Assembly: GCA_032128875.1 (NCBI GenBank)
Contig: JAVLKG010000011.1
Coordinates: forward strand, 96,001 to 160,000
Direction of reading: 5' to 3'
DNA from: Candidatus Melainabacteria bacterium 17Bon1m
GTDB taxonomy: Bacteria; Cyanobacteriota; Vampirovibrionia; Obscuribacterales; Obscuribacteraceae
DNA length: 64,000 nucleotides
Under the pieces are notes generated by a model. The model ran no database searches. It was not told the origin of the DNA and saw only the letters and a program-made list of their open reading frames with translations. Positions 29,295 through 38,703 of the stretch are shown here, piece after piece. Each line of letters begins with the position of its first letter. The stretch's first letter is position 1. The translations under genes and the position numbers were made by a program.

Positions 29295-29678
29295 TCACAG
29301 CAAATCAATGTAGATCTTCTGGTCGCGAATGTGCAGAGAATACTCTCTCAACGGAAGGTTTGAGTTGGTCAAACACGCACCGCTGCTGCAATCGTATTCC
29401 CAGTTGTGCCACAAGCAAGTAAACTTGCCGCCTTTCGCTTGGTGATATCCGACGGGGCCGCCAAAGTGCCTGCAAATGTTGCTGATCGCTTTTACTTTAC
29501 CTTCGAAAATATAGAGCAGTATGTCGTGCCCCTCAATCCACTTTGTTAGCTGTCCATGCTTCGAAAGTTCGCTCATGGATGCAAGAAAAGGGCAGACGCG
29601 CTGTTGCCCTAACTCGGAGATAACTATCTCGTCGCGTTCTTCGTTTGAGACGTCATTTTTGACTAACGAATTGGTCAT
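29295..29678 (-). CDS. Rieske [2Fe-2S] domain protein
   Basis: NICRHFGGPV...FTCLWHNWEYD. Confidence 0.9.
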   Translation of the reverse strand: MTNSLVKNDVSNEERDEIVISELGQQRVCPFLASMSELSKHGQLTKWIEGHDILLYIFEGKVKAISNICRHFGGPVGYHQAKGGKFTCLWHNWEYDCSSGACLTNSNLPLREYSLHIRDQKIYIDLL

Positions 29679-29781
29679 TTGTCGGTTAGCCGTAAGATCC
29701 GGTGAGGGCTACTACTTGAGACTCCGTAACCATTGTACGGACGGGGGATTGCATAATCATTAAAGAAAAGAAACGATTGTC

Positions 29782-29946
29782 ATGAGTAAGTTGCATGTTG
29801 AGTCTGCGAAACCCGAAAGGGCCCCCATTTTTTGGTCCTTCTTGACCCTTTTCATTGGCCAATTGAAACTAATTTCACGCGGTACTAAAACGGTCATGAC
29901 TTTCTTAATAGACTTAAGCGGACGTTCATTGAATCTCAAGGTCTGA
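29782..29946 (+). CDS. Possible 54-aa hypothetical protein
   Basis: MSKLHVESAKPERAPIFWSFLTLFIGQLKLISRGTKTVMTFLIDLSGRSLNLKV; purine-rich upstream sequence; fills an otherwise empty gap. Confidence 0.3.
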   Translation: MSKLHVESAKPERAPIFWSFLTLFIGQLKLISRGTKTVMTFLIDLSGRSLNLKV

Positions 29947-30017
29947 AATGCTGTCGCGGTTAGGTTGCATGCAGTATGTGCGTTCGATGTCGTAGCGTAT
30001 CTTGATCCGAAATACTT

Positions 30018-30227
30018 TTGCACACAACTAGTTTTGGATTCTCTTTGGCAAGAAGAGAGGCACCGAATATGGTGCTGTTGGCAGTAGCTTCGCTCTGTCT
30101 GCTGTACACGTACACGTTCTTTCTTCGACCGAGCGCTGTTAGGTCGTCAGGTGGAAAGATCAGGGAATTCGACAGCGTCAAGAGCGTAGAATATGCACCT
30201 CCACGTCAGCTCGGCGCGGGAAGTTGA
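30018..30227 (+). CDS. Possible small single-TM protein (start may be ATG 30069 after AGAGG)
   Basis: VLLAVASLCLLYTYTFFL hydrophobic segment. Confidence 0.45.
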   Translation: MHTTSFGFSLARREAPNMVLLAVASLCLLYTYTFFLRPSAVRSSGGKIREFDSVKSVEYAPPRQLGAGS

Positions 30228-30272
30228 CGTGTCGTCAAATAGTTATTGTTCCTCTGGAACCAAGGAGTTTAA

Positions 30273-30479
30273 ATGTCAGGCGTATATAAAATGGTCGAAA
30301 TCGTTGGCACTTCATCGGTCAGCTTTGCAGAAGCTACCAAAGAAGCTGTTAAGCGTGCTGCTAAAACCATCCGTCACATGGGTTGGTTCGAAGTAGTCGA
30401 ACAACGCGGCGCCATCAAAGATGGCACAGTTTCTGAATTTCAAGTCAAATTGAAAGTCGGATTCAAGCTGGACGAGTAA
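30273..30479 (+). CDS. Dodecin (flavin-binding protein)
   Basis: VYKMVEIVGTS...WFEVVEQRG...FQVKLKVGFKL; AAGGAG RBS. Confidence 0.93.
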   Translation: MSGVYKMVEIVGTSSVSFAEATKEAVKRAAKTIRHMGWFEVVEQRGAIKDGTVSEFQVKLKVGFKLDE

Positions 30480-30573
30480 TTTCTCGTACCGGAAATAACA
30501 ACTGAAAAGGGGGGCCACAGGGCTCCCCTTCTAGTTAGAGTGCTTTGGAACGATTTCGGAGCGCATCTTGTGC

Positions 30574-31218
30574 TTATGTTCCGAAAATACGATCGCCTGC
30601 ATCGCCCAAGCCTGGCACGATGTAGCCGTGTTCGTTCAAATTGTCATCAAGCGCAGCCGTGGTGATTCTGACGTTTGGAAATTGCTCGTGTACGCGCTTT
30701 ACACCCTCCGGCGCGGCAACTATAGAGACCAAGTGAATGGTTTGAACATTCAATTTGTCGAAAAGGTTAATGGCAGCGCATGCCGAGCCACCAGTTGCCA
30801 GCATTGGATCGAGAACGAAGACGCGGCTTTCGTTGGGGAGGGCTTCCGGCAGTTTTGCATAATAAGAAATCGCCTTCAGCGTCTCTTCATCGCGGCGCAG
30901 ACCGATGTGATAGATGCGGGCGTTGGCGAAAAGCTCTTGTGCTGCTTCTGCCAGGATGAGCCCAGCTCTCAAAACCGGTGCAAAGACCACATAATCGCTA
31001 AGAGCTACACCCTTTGCCGGTCCAATTGGCGTCTCGACGCCCACTTCACGGACGCCCAGTTCACGCATAGCTTCGTAAACCAGGAAATAGCTGAGCTGTC
31101 TGGCTTTCTCGCGAAATTCGCCCGACGGCGTCTGGTAGTCGCGCAGCCTGGTCAAAATATTCCTCGTTAGAGGATGATTTACGATCGTGAGTTTTGACGT
31201 GTCCGTGCCAGTAACCAT
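30574..31218 (-). CDS. upp: Uracil phosphoribosyltransferase
   Basis: PVLRAG, VLDPMLATGGS, YIVPGLGDAGDR. Confidence 0.96.
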   Translation of the reverse strand: MVTGTDTSKLTIVNHPLTRNILTRLRDYQTPSGEFREKARQLSYFLVYEAMRELGVREVGVETPIGPAKGVALSDYVVFAPVLRAGLILAEAAQELFANARIYHIGLRRDEETLKAISYYAKLPEALPNESRVFVLDPMLATGGSACAAINLFDKLNVQTIHLVSIVAAPEGVKRVHEQFPNVRITTAALDDNLNEHGYIVPGLGDAGDRIFGT

Positions 31219-31256
31219 TGGAGCTTTCTCCCCCTGTGTGAGGCGCCTCTGTGCGC

Positions 31257-32432
31257 TTATGCCGCCCGGGACTTAAGGAGGTTGTCTGCCTCTTGTCGAG
31301 CCCAGCGATCCGCCTCAAGTATATCGTCCAAACCGGGATTGGTGACCGGCTTGTGCTTCTCTAATACCTGTTCGATAAGTTTTGGAATGTCTTTAAAGAC
31401 AATTCGTTCGTTGAGGAAGGCGGCAACGACTATTTCGTTGGCTGCGTTCATTACACATGCGCTGGTATTGTCCTCAGATGCGACTTTCTTGGCGATTGCC
31501 AGGCAGGGGAAACGGTCTGTGTCCGGCTCTTCGAATGTAAGTTGGCTGAGCGTCGTCAAATCCAGGCGTGGAACGCGCTCTGAGTGGACTCTTTCAGGAT
31601 GGAACAAAGCGTAATGAATCGGCAGGCGCATATCAGGCAAACCCATCTGCCCGACGATAGAACCGTCTACGAATTCTACTGCTGAATGAAGGATAGATTG
31701 CGGGTGAACAACTACGCGAATTCTGTCGGCAGTAATGTCGAAAAGCCAGCGCGCCTCGACTATCTCTAAGCCTTTATTCATCAGCGTTGCAGAGTCGATG
31801 GTTATCTTCTGTCCCATGCTCCAATTAGGATGTTTTAGAGCATCACTTTTGGTGGCAGATTCAATTTGTTCTTTTGTCCAAGTGCGAAACGGACCGCCTG
31901 ATGCTGTAAGCCAGATTGAATGAACATCATTGGTCGTGTAGCCGCTCAATGACTGGAAGATCGCCGAATGCTCGCTGTCCACTGGGACGATTTTTGCGCC
32001 GTATTTTTGAACCATCGGCATCACCGCACTGCCTGCGGCGACCAGGGTTTCTTTATTCGCAAGCGCAATCGTCTTGCCTTTCTCGATAGCTTTTGCTGTC
32101 GGTTTCAATCCAAGAAATCCGACTACACCTGTGACGACAGTGTCGGCGCCGCTTTCTGCCGCGACCGTTTCCAAACCGCTAGAGCCTGTTTCAATCTCAA
32201 CGCGAATATCCGAGCCGAGCTTCTCTAGTAGTGTTTTTCTGTTTTCGTCCGTTGGAACGCAAACCACGCCAGGGCGAAATTGCTTGATTTGGTCGGCAAA
32301 ATCGTCCAAATTGCTTGCCCCTGCTGCCAAAGCAACCACTTCCAAGCTGTCCTTATGTGCCTGGATGATGTCGAGAGTTTGTCGGCCGATTGAGCCTGTG
32401 GAGCCGAGGAGGCTGATTTTTTTGGTTGCCAT
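31257..32432 (-). CDS. dxr: 1-deoxy-D-xylulose-5-phosphate reductoisomerase
   Basis: LLGSTGSIG, LANKETLV, PVDSEHSAIFQ, HPNWSMG, KITIDSATLMNKGLE. Confidence 0.97.
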   Translation of the reverse strand: MATKKISLLGSTGSIGRQTLDIIQAHKDSLEVVALAAGASNLDDFADQIKQFRPGVVCVPTDENRKTLLEKLGSDIRVEIETGSSGLETVAAESGADTVVTGVVGFLGLKPTAKAIEKGKTIALANKETLVAAGSAVMPMVQKYGAKIVPVDSEHSAIFQSLSGYTTNDVHSIWLTASGGPFRTWTKEQIESATKSDALKHPNWSMGQKITIDSATLMNKGLEIVEARWLFDITADRIRVVVHPQSILHSAVEFVDGSIVGQMGLPDMRLPIHYALFHPERVHSERVPRLDLTTLSQLTFEEPDTDRFPCLAIAKKVASEDNTSACVMNAANEIVVAAFLNERIVFKDIPKLIEQVLEKHKPVTNPGLDDILEADRWARQEADNLLKSRAA

Positions 32433-32604
32433 GATATCCAAGGACCCCCTGACTACTTGTCGTTCGGCTAATTTTACCAATTGTGCCGTCTAATCACTGT
32501 GATGCGGGCAGCTCACACTTCATAAACTGAGGGTTCTAAACTATTTACTCGAATCCTGTATGGTTAACTGCTACCAACTCGTTTGGTAAACCAAGGAGAA
32601 TTAA

Positions 32605-34029
32605 ATGCTTTCCAAGTCTGTTGTTTCACGAGTAGTGAAAACATTCGTCGTCGCTTTGACCATCCCGCTCTTGGCTGGGTGCGTGGTAGAGCAGCGTTTG
32701 TCGTGGTCGCCGGACGGAAAGAAGTTGGCGATCGTCGGTGCCGACGGCTTGCGTGTTTCTGTGGATGGTGGCATACATTTGGGTGAGCCCGTTGAAGACG
32801 ATGCTCAGCTTGTAGGCTGGTTTCCTGATTCGAAGCGAGTTGCAGTTGTAACCAAAAGCAATTTCGAAAATTGGGCCGAGCTTGAAAAATCTCTAGACAA
32901 AGAAGAAGTTGAAGCAATTAGAATAGGCGGCGCGCAAATGCTCAAGCAGTTGGAGCTTTGTGGTGGCGACTTTGCGGTATGCCGAGACGCTCTTAAGAAA
33001 GATAACTTCAACGCCGCTTACATCCAGCCCGTACTGTATTATCTTCGCTCTACACAGCACGACAGCATGCAACGTCTTGTCGGTAGAGAATGGTCAGAAA
33101 TGAGGGCGATGGATGCTTTTGTCTTCCTCTCTCGTATCAAGGTGTACGAAGTCGATGCAAGCGGAAAGTTGCAGCACAAGCAAACTTTGGCCTCCACCGC
33201 AGATACTTTTGAATCAATCAGAGTAAGTCCGTCTAACGAATTTTTGTGTTTAGTGGATAAAGATGGAAATCTTTGTTTGGCTCAAACAACCGCCGGCGCA
33301 AAAGGTTATCGCCGGATTGGTTCAAAGTTTTCAAAACTGCCGGATTGGGACCTTAATACCGATGTGATTTATGGTTTGCATTCAGTTGTGAAAACGGACA
33401 AAAGAGGCTCATCGGACGTTCAAGAACTCGTTGCCGTGGATGCAAGAAAAGGCGGTTCGCTAAAACGATTGTCGTGGGCGCAAACAACAAATAGCAAAGT
33501 ACGTTCTACAGTCGATGGCAATTTGATTTTCGGGTCTTCAGTCCGCGTGCCTGCAGGAAAGAAAAGCAAGACGCGAGACATCGATGCTTTGAGCGTTTTC
33601 AATCTGACCAGCGGAAAGTCGAAACGTCTCTTTGTTGCAGATAGTGGTGACAGGTTGGAGAACTTTGAAGTAAGTCCAGACGGAAAGAAAATCTCCATAG
33701 TCAGCACAAATGGCGCCGTGAAAATCGTCTCCCTGCCTGCCGGCACATACCGCGTAGTCGTGCCCGGTGTGCCTAAAAATGAGCGCGATGTTTTCGCACC
33801 CGTCTGGAAAAGCAATGATGAAATTTGCTACGAGCGTCTGTCTGTCAAGGACGGTTTGGGAAAGGTTGCTCTATTTTCGTTGAGTACAAACAAGTCCAAG
33901 GACATCAGCTCCGCGTGGCCGGCTGAGGCTGTACGCCGTCTTTTGAACGATCCGAAAAAGGGTAGCAAGCTTTCTTTTGAAGACATGCTCAAAGATTTGG
34001 CAGATCAAAGGACAAAGCTGAAAAGCTAG
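32605..34029 (+). CDS. Lipoprotein with TolB/WD40-like beta-propeller repeats
   Basis: Lipobox LAGC; WSPDGKKLA, WFPDSKRV, VSPDGKKIS repeats. Confidence 0.75.
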   Translation: MLSKSVVSRVVKTFVVALTIPLLAGCVVEQRLSWSPDGKKLAIVGADGLRVSVDGGIHLGEPVEDDAQLVGWFPDSKRVAVVTKSNFENWAELEKSLDKEEVEAIRIGGAQMLKQLELCGGDFAVCRDALKKDNFNAAYIQPVLYYLRSTQHDSMQRLVGREWSEMRAMDAFVFLSRIKVYEVDASGKLQHKQTLASTADTFESIRVSPSNEFLCLVDKDGNLCLAQTTAGAKGYRRIGSKFSKLPDWDLNTDVIYGLHSVVKTDKRGSSDVQELVAVDARKGGSLKRLSWAQTTNSKVRSTVDGNLIFGSSVRVPAGKKSKTRDIDALSVFNLTSGKSKRLFVADSGDRLENFEVSPDGKKISIVSTNGAVKIVSLPAGTYRVVVPGVPKNERDVFAPVWKSNDEICYERLSVKDGLGKVALFSLSTNKSKDISSAWPAEAVRRLLNDPKKGSKLSFEDMLKDLADQRTKLKS

Positions 34030-34035
34030 TTTCGC

Positions 34036-34293
34036 TCAACGTTGCAGTTGAAGCGTTTCTTGCTCTTTGCGAAAAAGCTTGTCCAATGCCATCAGAATAG
34101 CTACGGCTGCAACCAGTCCTAGCATCGCAGCCGGCAAAGCCACTATTTGCATAAACTCACTCAACGATTTGTCGGTGAGGTAGGACGTTAATGCGGTGAA
34201 TCCAATTACTATGTAGAAGGGAAATCCGCAAATCAGAAAGATTGTTGTTGCCCAGCAGGCGACTTCTCTATGTGTTTGTTCTTGTGTTTTCAT
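34036..34293 (-). CDS. Small two-TM hypothetical protein
   Basis: 85 aa, two hydrophobic helices. Confidence 0.6.
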   Translation of the reverse strand: MKTQEQTHREVACWATTIFLICGFPFYIVIGFTALTSYLTDKSLSEFMQIVALPAAMLGLVAAVAILMALDKLFRKEQETLQLQR

Positions 34294-34406
34294 GACCCCA
34301 GTATGGATTAACCGGGGTTAAGGACCGGTTATGGATTCGCTTATCATCGCGATCTTTCACCATGTCTTAATTGTTTTGCCGGGTTCTAAATCGTTTTTGT
34401 TGAACT

Positions 34407-35375
34407 CTAAAAGCTCTCGATTTCCTTGCGGTCTTTGTCTGCCAGGTCCTTTCGTCCCATCTTTTCGTAAGCCGCAGCTCGCTCTTTCAGCGCTATTTTC
34501 GACGGCTGCAGCTCAAAGGCCTTCGTGAAGTCTGCAATTGCTTCTTTGTGTCTTCCCATACTTTCGTAGGCTCTGGCTCTGTTTAGATAGCCGGCATCAT
34601 CCTGTTTGTTATGTGTCACGAGGCCATTCAAACTTTTGATTGCTTCTTCGTGTTTGCCCATTGCGCGCAAACACGCGACTTCTCGGTAAACGACTTGATC
34701 TTCGTACTTCAGTTTTAATAGCCTTCGATATTCGGCAATCGCGCGATCATACTGCTTAAGGTTTTCCAAAATTGTTGCGCGTTGAACCCAATACTTTCTT
34801 TCCGGTTTTGGATTCAACTTCAAAAACATGTCGATGTCCTTGAGCGCTTCTTTGTCGCGCTTCAAATTGCTGAGCGCACCGGCTCGTTCGTGATAGCCTT
34901 CATAATCAGGTTTTTTGACGGTCAAACCTTTGGTGGCAAACTTAATGCCACTTTCAAAATCACCTTTTGCGTCATAGCATTCGGCGAGCCGAACCCAGGC
35001 TTTTCCGAGCTGAGGATCAATCTCCAGGGCGCGCCGCAAGCACTTTTCCGCTTTCTCCGTCCCGCTAGCTAAGTCGTTGTAGTTGTTCATGTAGGCATTG
35101 CCCAATTCCGTCAACACATATGGGTCATTGGGATGCTTGCGCTGAATTTCGCGCAGCATTCTGGCGCTCTCACCATAGTGACCAAGTTGCCCAAGGCGAA
35201 GCGCCTCATCAAAAGCTCGTCCATCGGCGCTGCTCGCCAATGCAGGCGAGAATCTTGCGCAAAAAGGCAGAGCGATGCAAAAACACAATGCGACGCAAAA
35301 GGATCTCGCGCGCAAAAACTGTTTGCTTTGCGAAGCATCATATTTGGTGGCAAAAACTATTTCCATCGTTCGCAT
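34407..35375 (-). CDS. Exported TPR protein, paralogue 3 of a tandem triplet
   Basis: Signal-like N-terminus (..PALA); TPR repeats; C-terminal YEKMGRKDLADKDRKE shared with neighbours. Confidence 0.85.
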   Translation of the reverse strand: MRTMEIVFATKYDASQSKQFLRARSFCVALCFCIALPFCARFSPALASSADGRAFDEALRLGQLGHYGESARMLREIQRKHPNDPYVLTELGNAYMNNYNDLASGTEKAEKCLRRALEIDPQLGKAWVRLAECYDAKGDFESGIKFATKGLTVKKPDYEGYHERAGALSNLKRDKEALKDIDMFLKLNPKPERKYWVQRATILENLKQYDRAIAEYRRLLKLKYEDQVVYREVACLRAMGKHEEAIKSLNGLVTHNKQDDAGYLNRARAYESMGRHKEAIADFTKAFELQPSKIALKERAAAYEKMGRKDLADKDRKEIESF

Positions 35376-35408
35376 AAAAATTGATTTGGGCGCTTGCTTC
35401 GCATCCGA

Positions 35409-36320
35409 TTATAATCGCTCGGCTTCTTTGCGATCTCTGGCTGCCAAATCCTTTCTACCCATCTTTGCATACGTATCAGCTCTTTCGTTGTAGAGGGTGG
35501 CGGATGGCAGAAGTTGAATCGCCTTGCTGTAGTCTGCGACAGCTTCTCTTAGCTTGCCCTGTTTGACCAGTAAGTTACCGCGTGCTTCATAGGCGGCATC
35601 GTCGTCGTCATTGTGCTTCAGTAAATTGCTGAGGCAATCTATCGCCTCTTCTAGCCTGTTCAACTTCTCAAGACAGCGGGCTTCCTTGAACACGGTGCCA
35701 TCGTCATAATGTTCTTTCTGCATCACGCGGTAGTCGGCGAGCGCCCGCTCGTATTGTTTTAAGTTCTCCAAAATGCTCGCCCTGCGCTCAAATGCTTTTC
35801 TGTACCCCTTGCGTAACGAAATGAATTTGTCTAGATCAGCTAGCGCTTCCTTGTCTTTGTGCAGGTTGCTGTATGTCGATGCGCGTTCCATGTACGCTTG
35901 GGTATCAGGTCTTTTGACGGTAAGCGCTTTGGTCGACATCTGAATTGCAAGGTCGTATTTGCATTGCGCGTTTGCCCATTCGCTCATGTGGTAATAAGCC
36001 TTGCCGAACTGAGGATCAAGCCTTATCGCCTTGCGGAAGCACTGCTCTGCTTTGATTTGTCCACCAGCCATTTCATTCGTGTCGTTCAGATAAGTCTGAC
36101 CGAGTTCAACCAACAAGCTGGCGTCTTGCGGATGGAGCCTGCATAGCTTTTCCAAAATAATGCTTGCTTGATCTAGATGTCCATCTTTGATGAGCTGCTG
36201 CGCGCGCTCGTATTGAAACTGTTCTACAGATTTGCAAGTTCCGGAAGTTCCTGAGACAAGGGAGGTAATCAAAAACCCGATGGCAAAAAGTTTGAACCTG
36301 GAAGCAAACATTCCCTTCAA
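35409..36320 (-). CDS. Exported TPR protein, paralogue 2
   Basis: Hydrophobic N-terminus; AEQCFRKAIRLDPQFGKAY; YAKMGRKDLAARDRKEA. Confidence 0.85.
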   Translation of the reverse strand: MKGMFASRFKLFAIGFLITSLVSGTSGTCKSVEQFQYERAQQLIKDGHLDQASIILEKLCRLHPQDASLLVELGQTYLNDTNEMAGGQIKAEQCFRKAIRLDPQFGKAYYHMSEWANAQCKYDLAIQMSTKALTVKRPDTQAYMERASTYSNLHKDKEALADLDKFISLRKGYRKAFERRASILENLKQYERALADYRVMQKEHYDDGTVFKEARCLEKLNRLEEAIDCLSNLLKHNDDDDAAYEARGNLLVKQGKLREAVADYSKAIQLLPSATLYNERADTYAKMGRKDLAARDRKEAERL

Positions 36321-36323
36321 CCC

Positions 36324-37292
36324 TTACATTCGATCTGCTTCTTTTCTGTCTTTCTCCGCCATGTCTTTGCGCCCCATTTTTTCGAAAACAGAAGCGCGTT
36401 CTTTTAAGGCTGTAGGCGAAGGTGACAAGTCGAGTGAAGTCGAATAGTCAGTAATAGCCTCTTTGTGTTTGCCCAGGCTTTCATAGAGCCGAGCTCTGTT
36501 GAGATAACCAGTGTCATCAAATTTGTTGTGCGCGATTAGTTGGTTTAAAACCTTGAGTGCTTCGTCTGGTTTTTTCATAGCCTTTAGGCAGGCCACTTCA
36601 CGGAACACAATCGAGTCTTCATAGTGCTCTTTCTGCATAGTGCGATAAACGGCCAACGCTTTATCGTACTGCTTGAGGTTTTCGAGTATCCCAGCCTTTT
36701 GCAAGTAGATCTTATTCCTGTGGCGCTGTTCTTTAGGCAGCGGAGTTTTTGACAGAAACAGCTCGAAATCGGCGAGCGCCTCTTTATCTTTGTGCAACAT
36801 GCTGTACGCTCCTGCACGTTCAACGAGTGCTGTCACATCGGGTTGTTTGACAGCCAGTGCCTGAGTTGCCAGCTTCACAGCCATTTCCCAATTTCCGTGA
36901 GCGCTGTACCATTCAGAAAGTTTTTTGTATCCACGACCATATTGCGGCTGGACTTCAATGGCTTTTCTGAAGCATTTTTCGGCTATAGCTGTGCTGTGAG
37001 TCAGGTCGGCTGCGTTATTCATGTGTGCATGACCAAGCTGACAAAGGACGAATGCGTCTTTTGGATTGCGTTGATTTACACCGGTGAGAACGCGAATTGC
37101 TTCCGGAAAGTGGCCGGTATCGCATAGGCGGATCGCATCATTGACTCGCTGCGAATCGTACGCGTCCATCGCTAAAGCCGGAGCTGCAAGGCAAAGGACG
37201 GTAATGGCGGAGATGACTCGCGCGGAATCGAAACGCTGAAGTGTTTTCTTTGCGATACTGAATGTGGTGGCGCTGTTTGAGTTCAACCGCAT
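36324..37292 (-). CDS. Exported TPR protein, paralogue 1
   Basis: LAAPALA signal-peptide end; AEKCFRKAIEVQPQYGRGY; FEKMGRKDMAEKDRKEA. Confidence 0.85.
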   Translation of the reverse strand: MRLNSNSATTFSIAKKTLQRFDSARVISAITVLCLAAPALAMDAYDSQRVNDAIRLCDTGHFPEAIRVLTGVNQRNPKDAFVLCQLGHAHMNNAADLTHSTAIAEKCFRKAIEVQPQYGRGYKKLSEWYSAHGNWEMAVKLATQALAVKQPDVTALVERAGAYSMLHKDKEALADFELFLSKTPLPKEQRHRNKIYLQKAGILENLKQYDKALAVYRTMQKEHYEDSIVFREVACLKAMKKPDEALKVLNQLIAHNKFDDTGYLNRARLYESLGKHKEAITDYSTSLDLSPSPTALKERASVFEKMGRKDMAEKDRKEADRM

Positions 37293-37360
37293 CTGGCTGT
37301 CCGCAGGTAAGTCGCTTAAACGACTATCCTTAGGATACAGTGTTTCTGCCTAAGCTGAGG

Positions 37361-38470
37361 TTATGGCAATTCGATGCGTGGGAAGGCGTTGTTCTTCATC
37401 AGGTTGCGCATGAATGTCAGCGCCACTTCGCGATGTTTCGCCTGATCATAGCTGCCGCCCCAGAATCCATAATAGTATTCGGGGAAGCGCGGATCTCTGG
37501 AATCGCCGTAAATGCGATAAGGGTCTAACGGCATGACTGCATTGCCTGGCGGCACACGGTTTACCCGTTGCAGTCCGGTACGCGAATCAGTGTCAACCGC
37601 CTTCAGAAGCGAGATTGCATCATCCATTTTCTTTAGCGAATATGGATTATTGAGTTCGATAAAGCGGCCGCCATTGAGGACTTGATCGATAATCGGCTTC
37701 ATCGCTTGTGCCGCATAGACGTCCGCCAGATAAATCTTGAAATATGGGTTGTCCGAAGTCTTTACGGACTCCTCGAGACTCTTTGCCTGAATGTCCAGGA
37801 CGTTGGAAGAGGTCTTCGACATGCGCAGGAAGTAATTCATTGCGTCGCCGCTGACGGCTCGACCGCCCGGAGCCTGGAAATCCACTTGCTGCCCGGGTTT
37901 GAAGTTGGAGAAGCCCTTAAATCCGTTCTCCACCGCCATCGCTTCGTTAACCTTGAGGCGCGTGGCTTCAAGGTCGCGTTTGTCGGAATTCATCTCGATT
38001 TCTTTGGCTTGAATCGAATAATAGTGTCGGCGTGGGCGCTGCGAGACGGTTCCGTCGCCGCCGCGAATCTGTTCCATCTCTCCAGAGCCATCCAGCCAGA
38101 AGAAATAGCCCTTCGAGTCCACGAAGTGCTTGACCTTAACGCCTTCCGGAATTCCTTGAATACTCAGTTGCTGATAGTTAGGATTAACCGCCAGTTTGCG
38201 GTCGAAGTCCGCTTCGCCATAACGCAGAGTCAGCTTGCCGTTAACGACAGGATCCGGGATGGTTCTGTCCGTAACCACCGGACGTGTGCCGTTTTGCAGA
38301 ATTTCAGGCTGTGTTTGCCCGCCCGCCAGGCGATCACGGATGCGGTCACGGAAAGACGTGCTGGGTTCTTGGTACTGTGTCCGTACCCAATACTCACTAT
38401 TGTCCAAAACACTGCCCTGCGGCACTTTTGCCGCTTGCGGGTCAAATTGTTCGTTGGTCCGTTCACCCAT
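37361..38470 (-). CDS. Hypothetical protein without signal peptide (369 aa)
   Basis: AAGGA RBS; long ORF with normal codon usage; no motif recognised. Confidence 0.75.
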   Translation of the reverse strand: MGERTNEQFDPQAAKVPQGSVLDNSEYWVRTQYQEPSTSFRDRIRDRLAGGQTQPEILQNGTRPVVTDRTIPDPVVNGKLTLRYGEADFDRKLAVNPNYQQLSIQGIPEGVKVKHFVDSKGYFFWLDGSGEMEQIRGGDGTVSQRPRRHYYSIQAKEIEMNSDKRDLEATRLKVNEAMAVENGFKGFSNFKPGQQVDFQAPGGRAVSGDAMNYFLRMSKTSSNVLDIQAKSLEESVKTSDNPYFKIYLADVYAAQAMKPIIDQVLNGGRFIELNNPYSLKKMDDAISLLKAVDTDSRTGLQRVNRVPPGNAVMPLDPYRIYGDSRDPRFPEYYYGFWGGSYDQAKHREVALTFMRNLMKNNAFPRIELP

Positions 38471-38617
38471 GAATGCTGTCCTTAAGGCTTTTCTGGCATG
38501 CTTATGGTGAATATCTTCAAAATCAAGCCCTGTGTCAATGTTAGGACTACGTACCTCACCCGGGACCGCCCACGCCGCAGCGAACTGGAAGGTTTTTCGG
38601 CTCCATTAGATCGCACC

Positions 38618-38658
38618 AAAGAAAATGAGGGCACATAAATGCGCCCTCACGTTTCTTC
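38618..38658 (-). terminator. Terminator downstream of thrS
   Basis: Minus strand GAGGGCGCAT-TT-ATGTGCCCTC followed by a T-rich tract. Confidence 0.65.
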
Positions 38659-38703
38659 TATTTTTGTCGAGTTTTCAAAACAGATATCTACGTCGATATC
38701 TAC

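Noticed and set aside
29800-29830. GCGAAACCCGAAAGGG resembling c-di-GMP-I riboswitch P2
   Set aside because: Lacks the following GCAAA/P3 elements and lies inside a possible small ORF
21332-34331. Identical 14-mer TAACCGGTCCTTAA upstream of two small membrane ORFs (21332 plus strand, about 34318-34331 minus strand)
   Set aside because: Chance 14-mer matches are expected in 64 kb, and I found no convincing third copy; needs a genome-wide test
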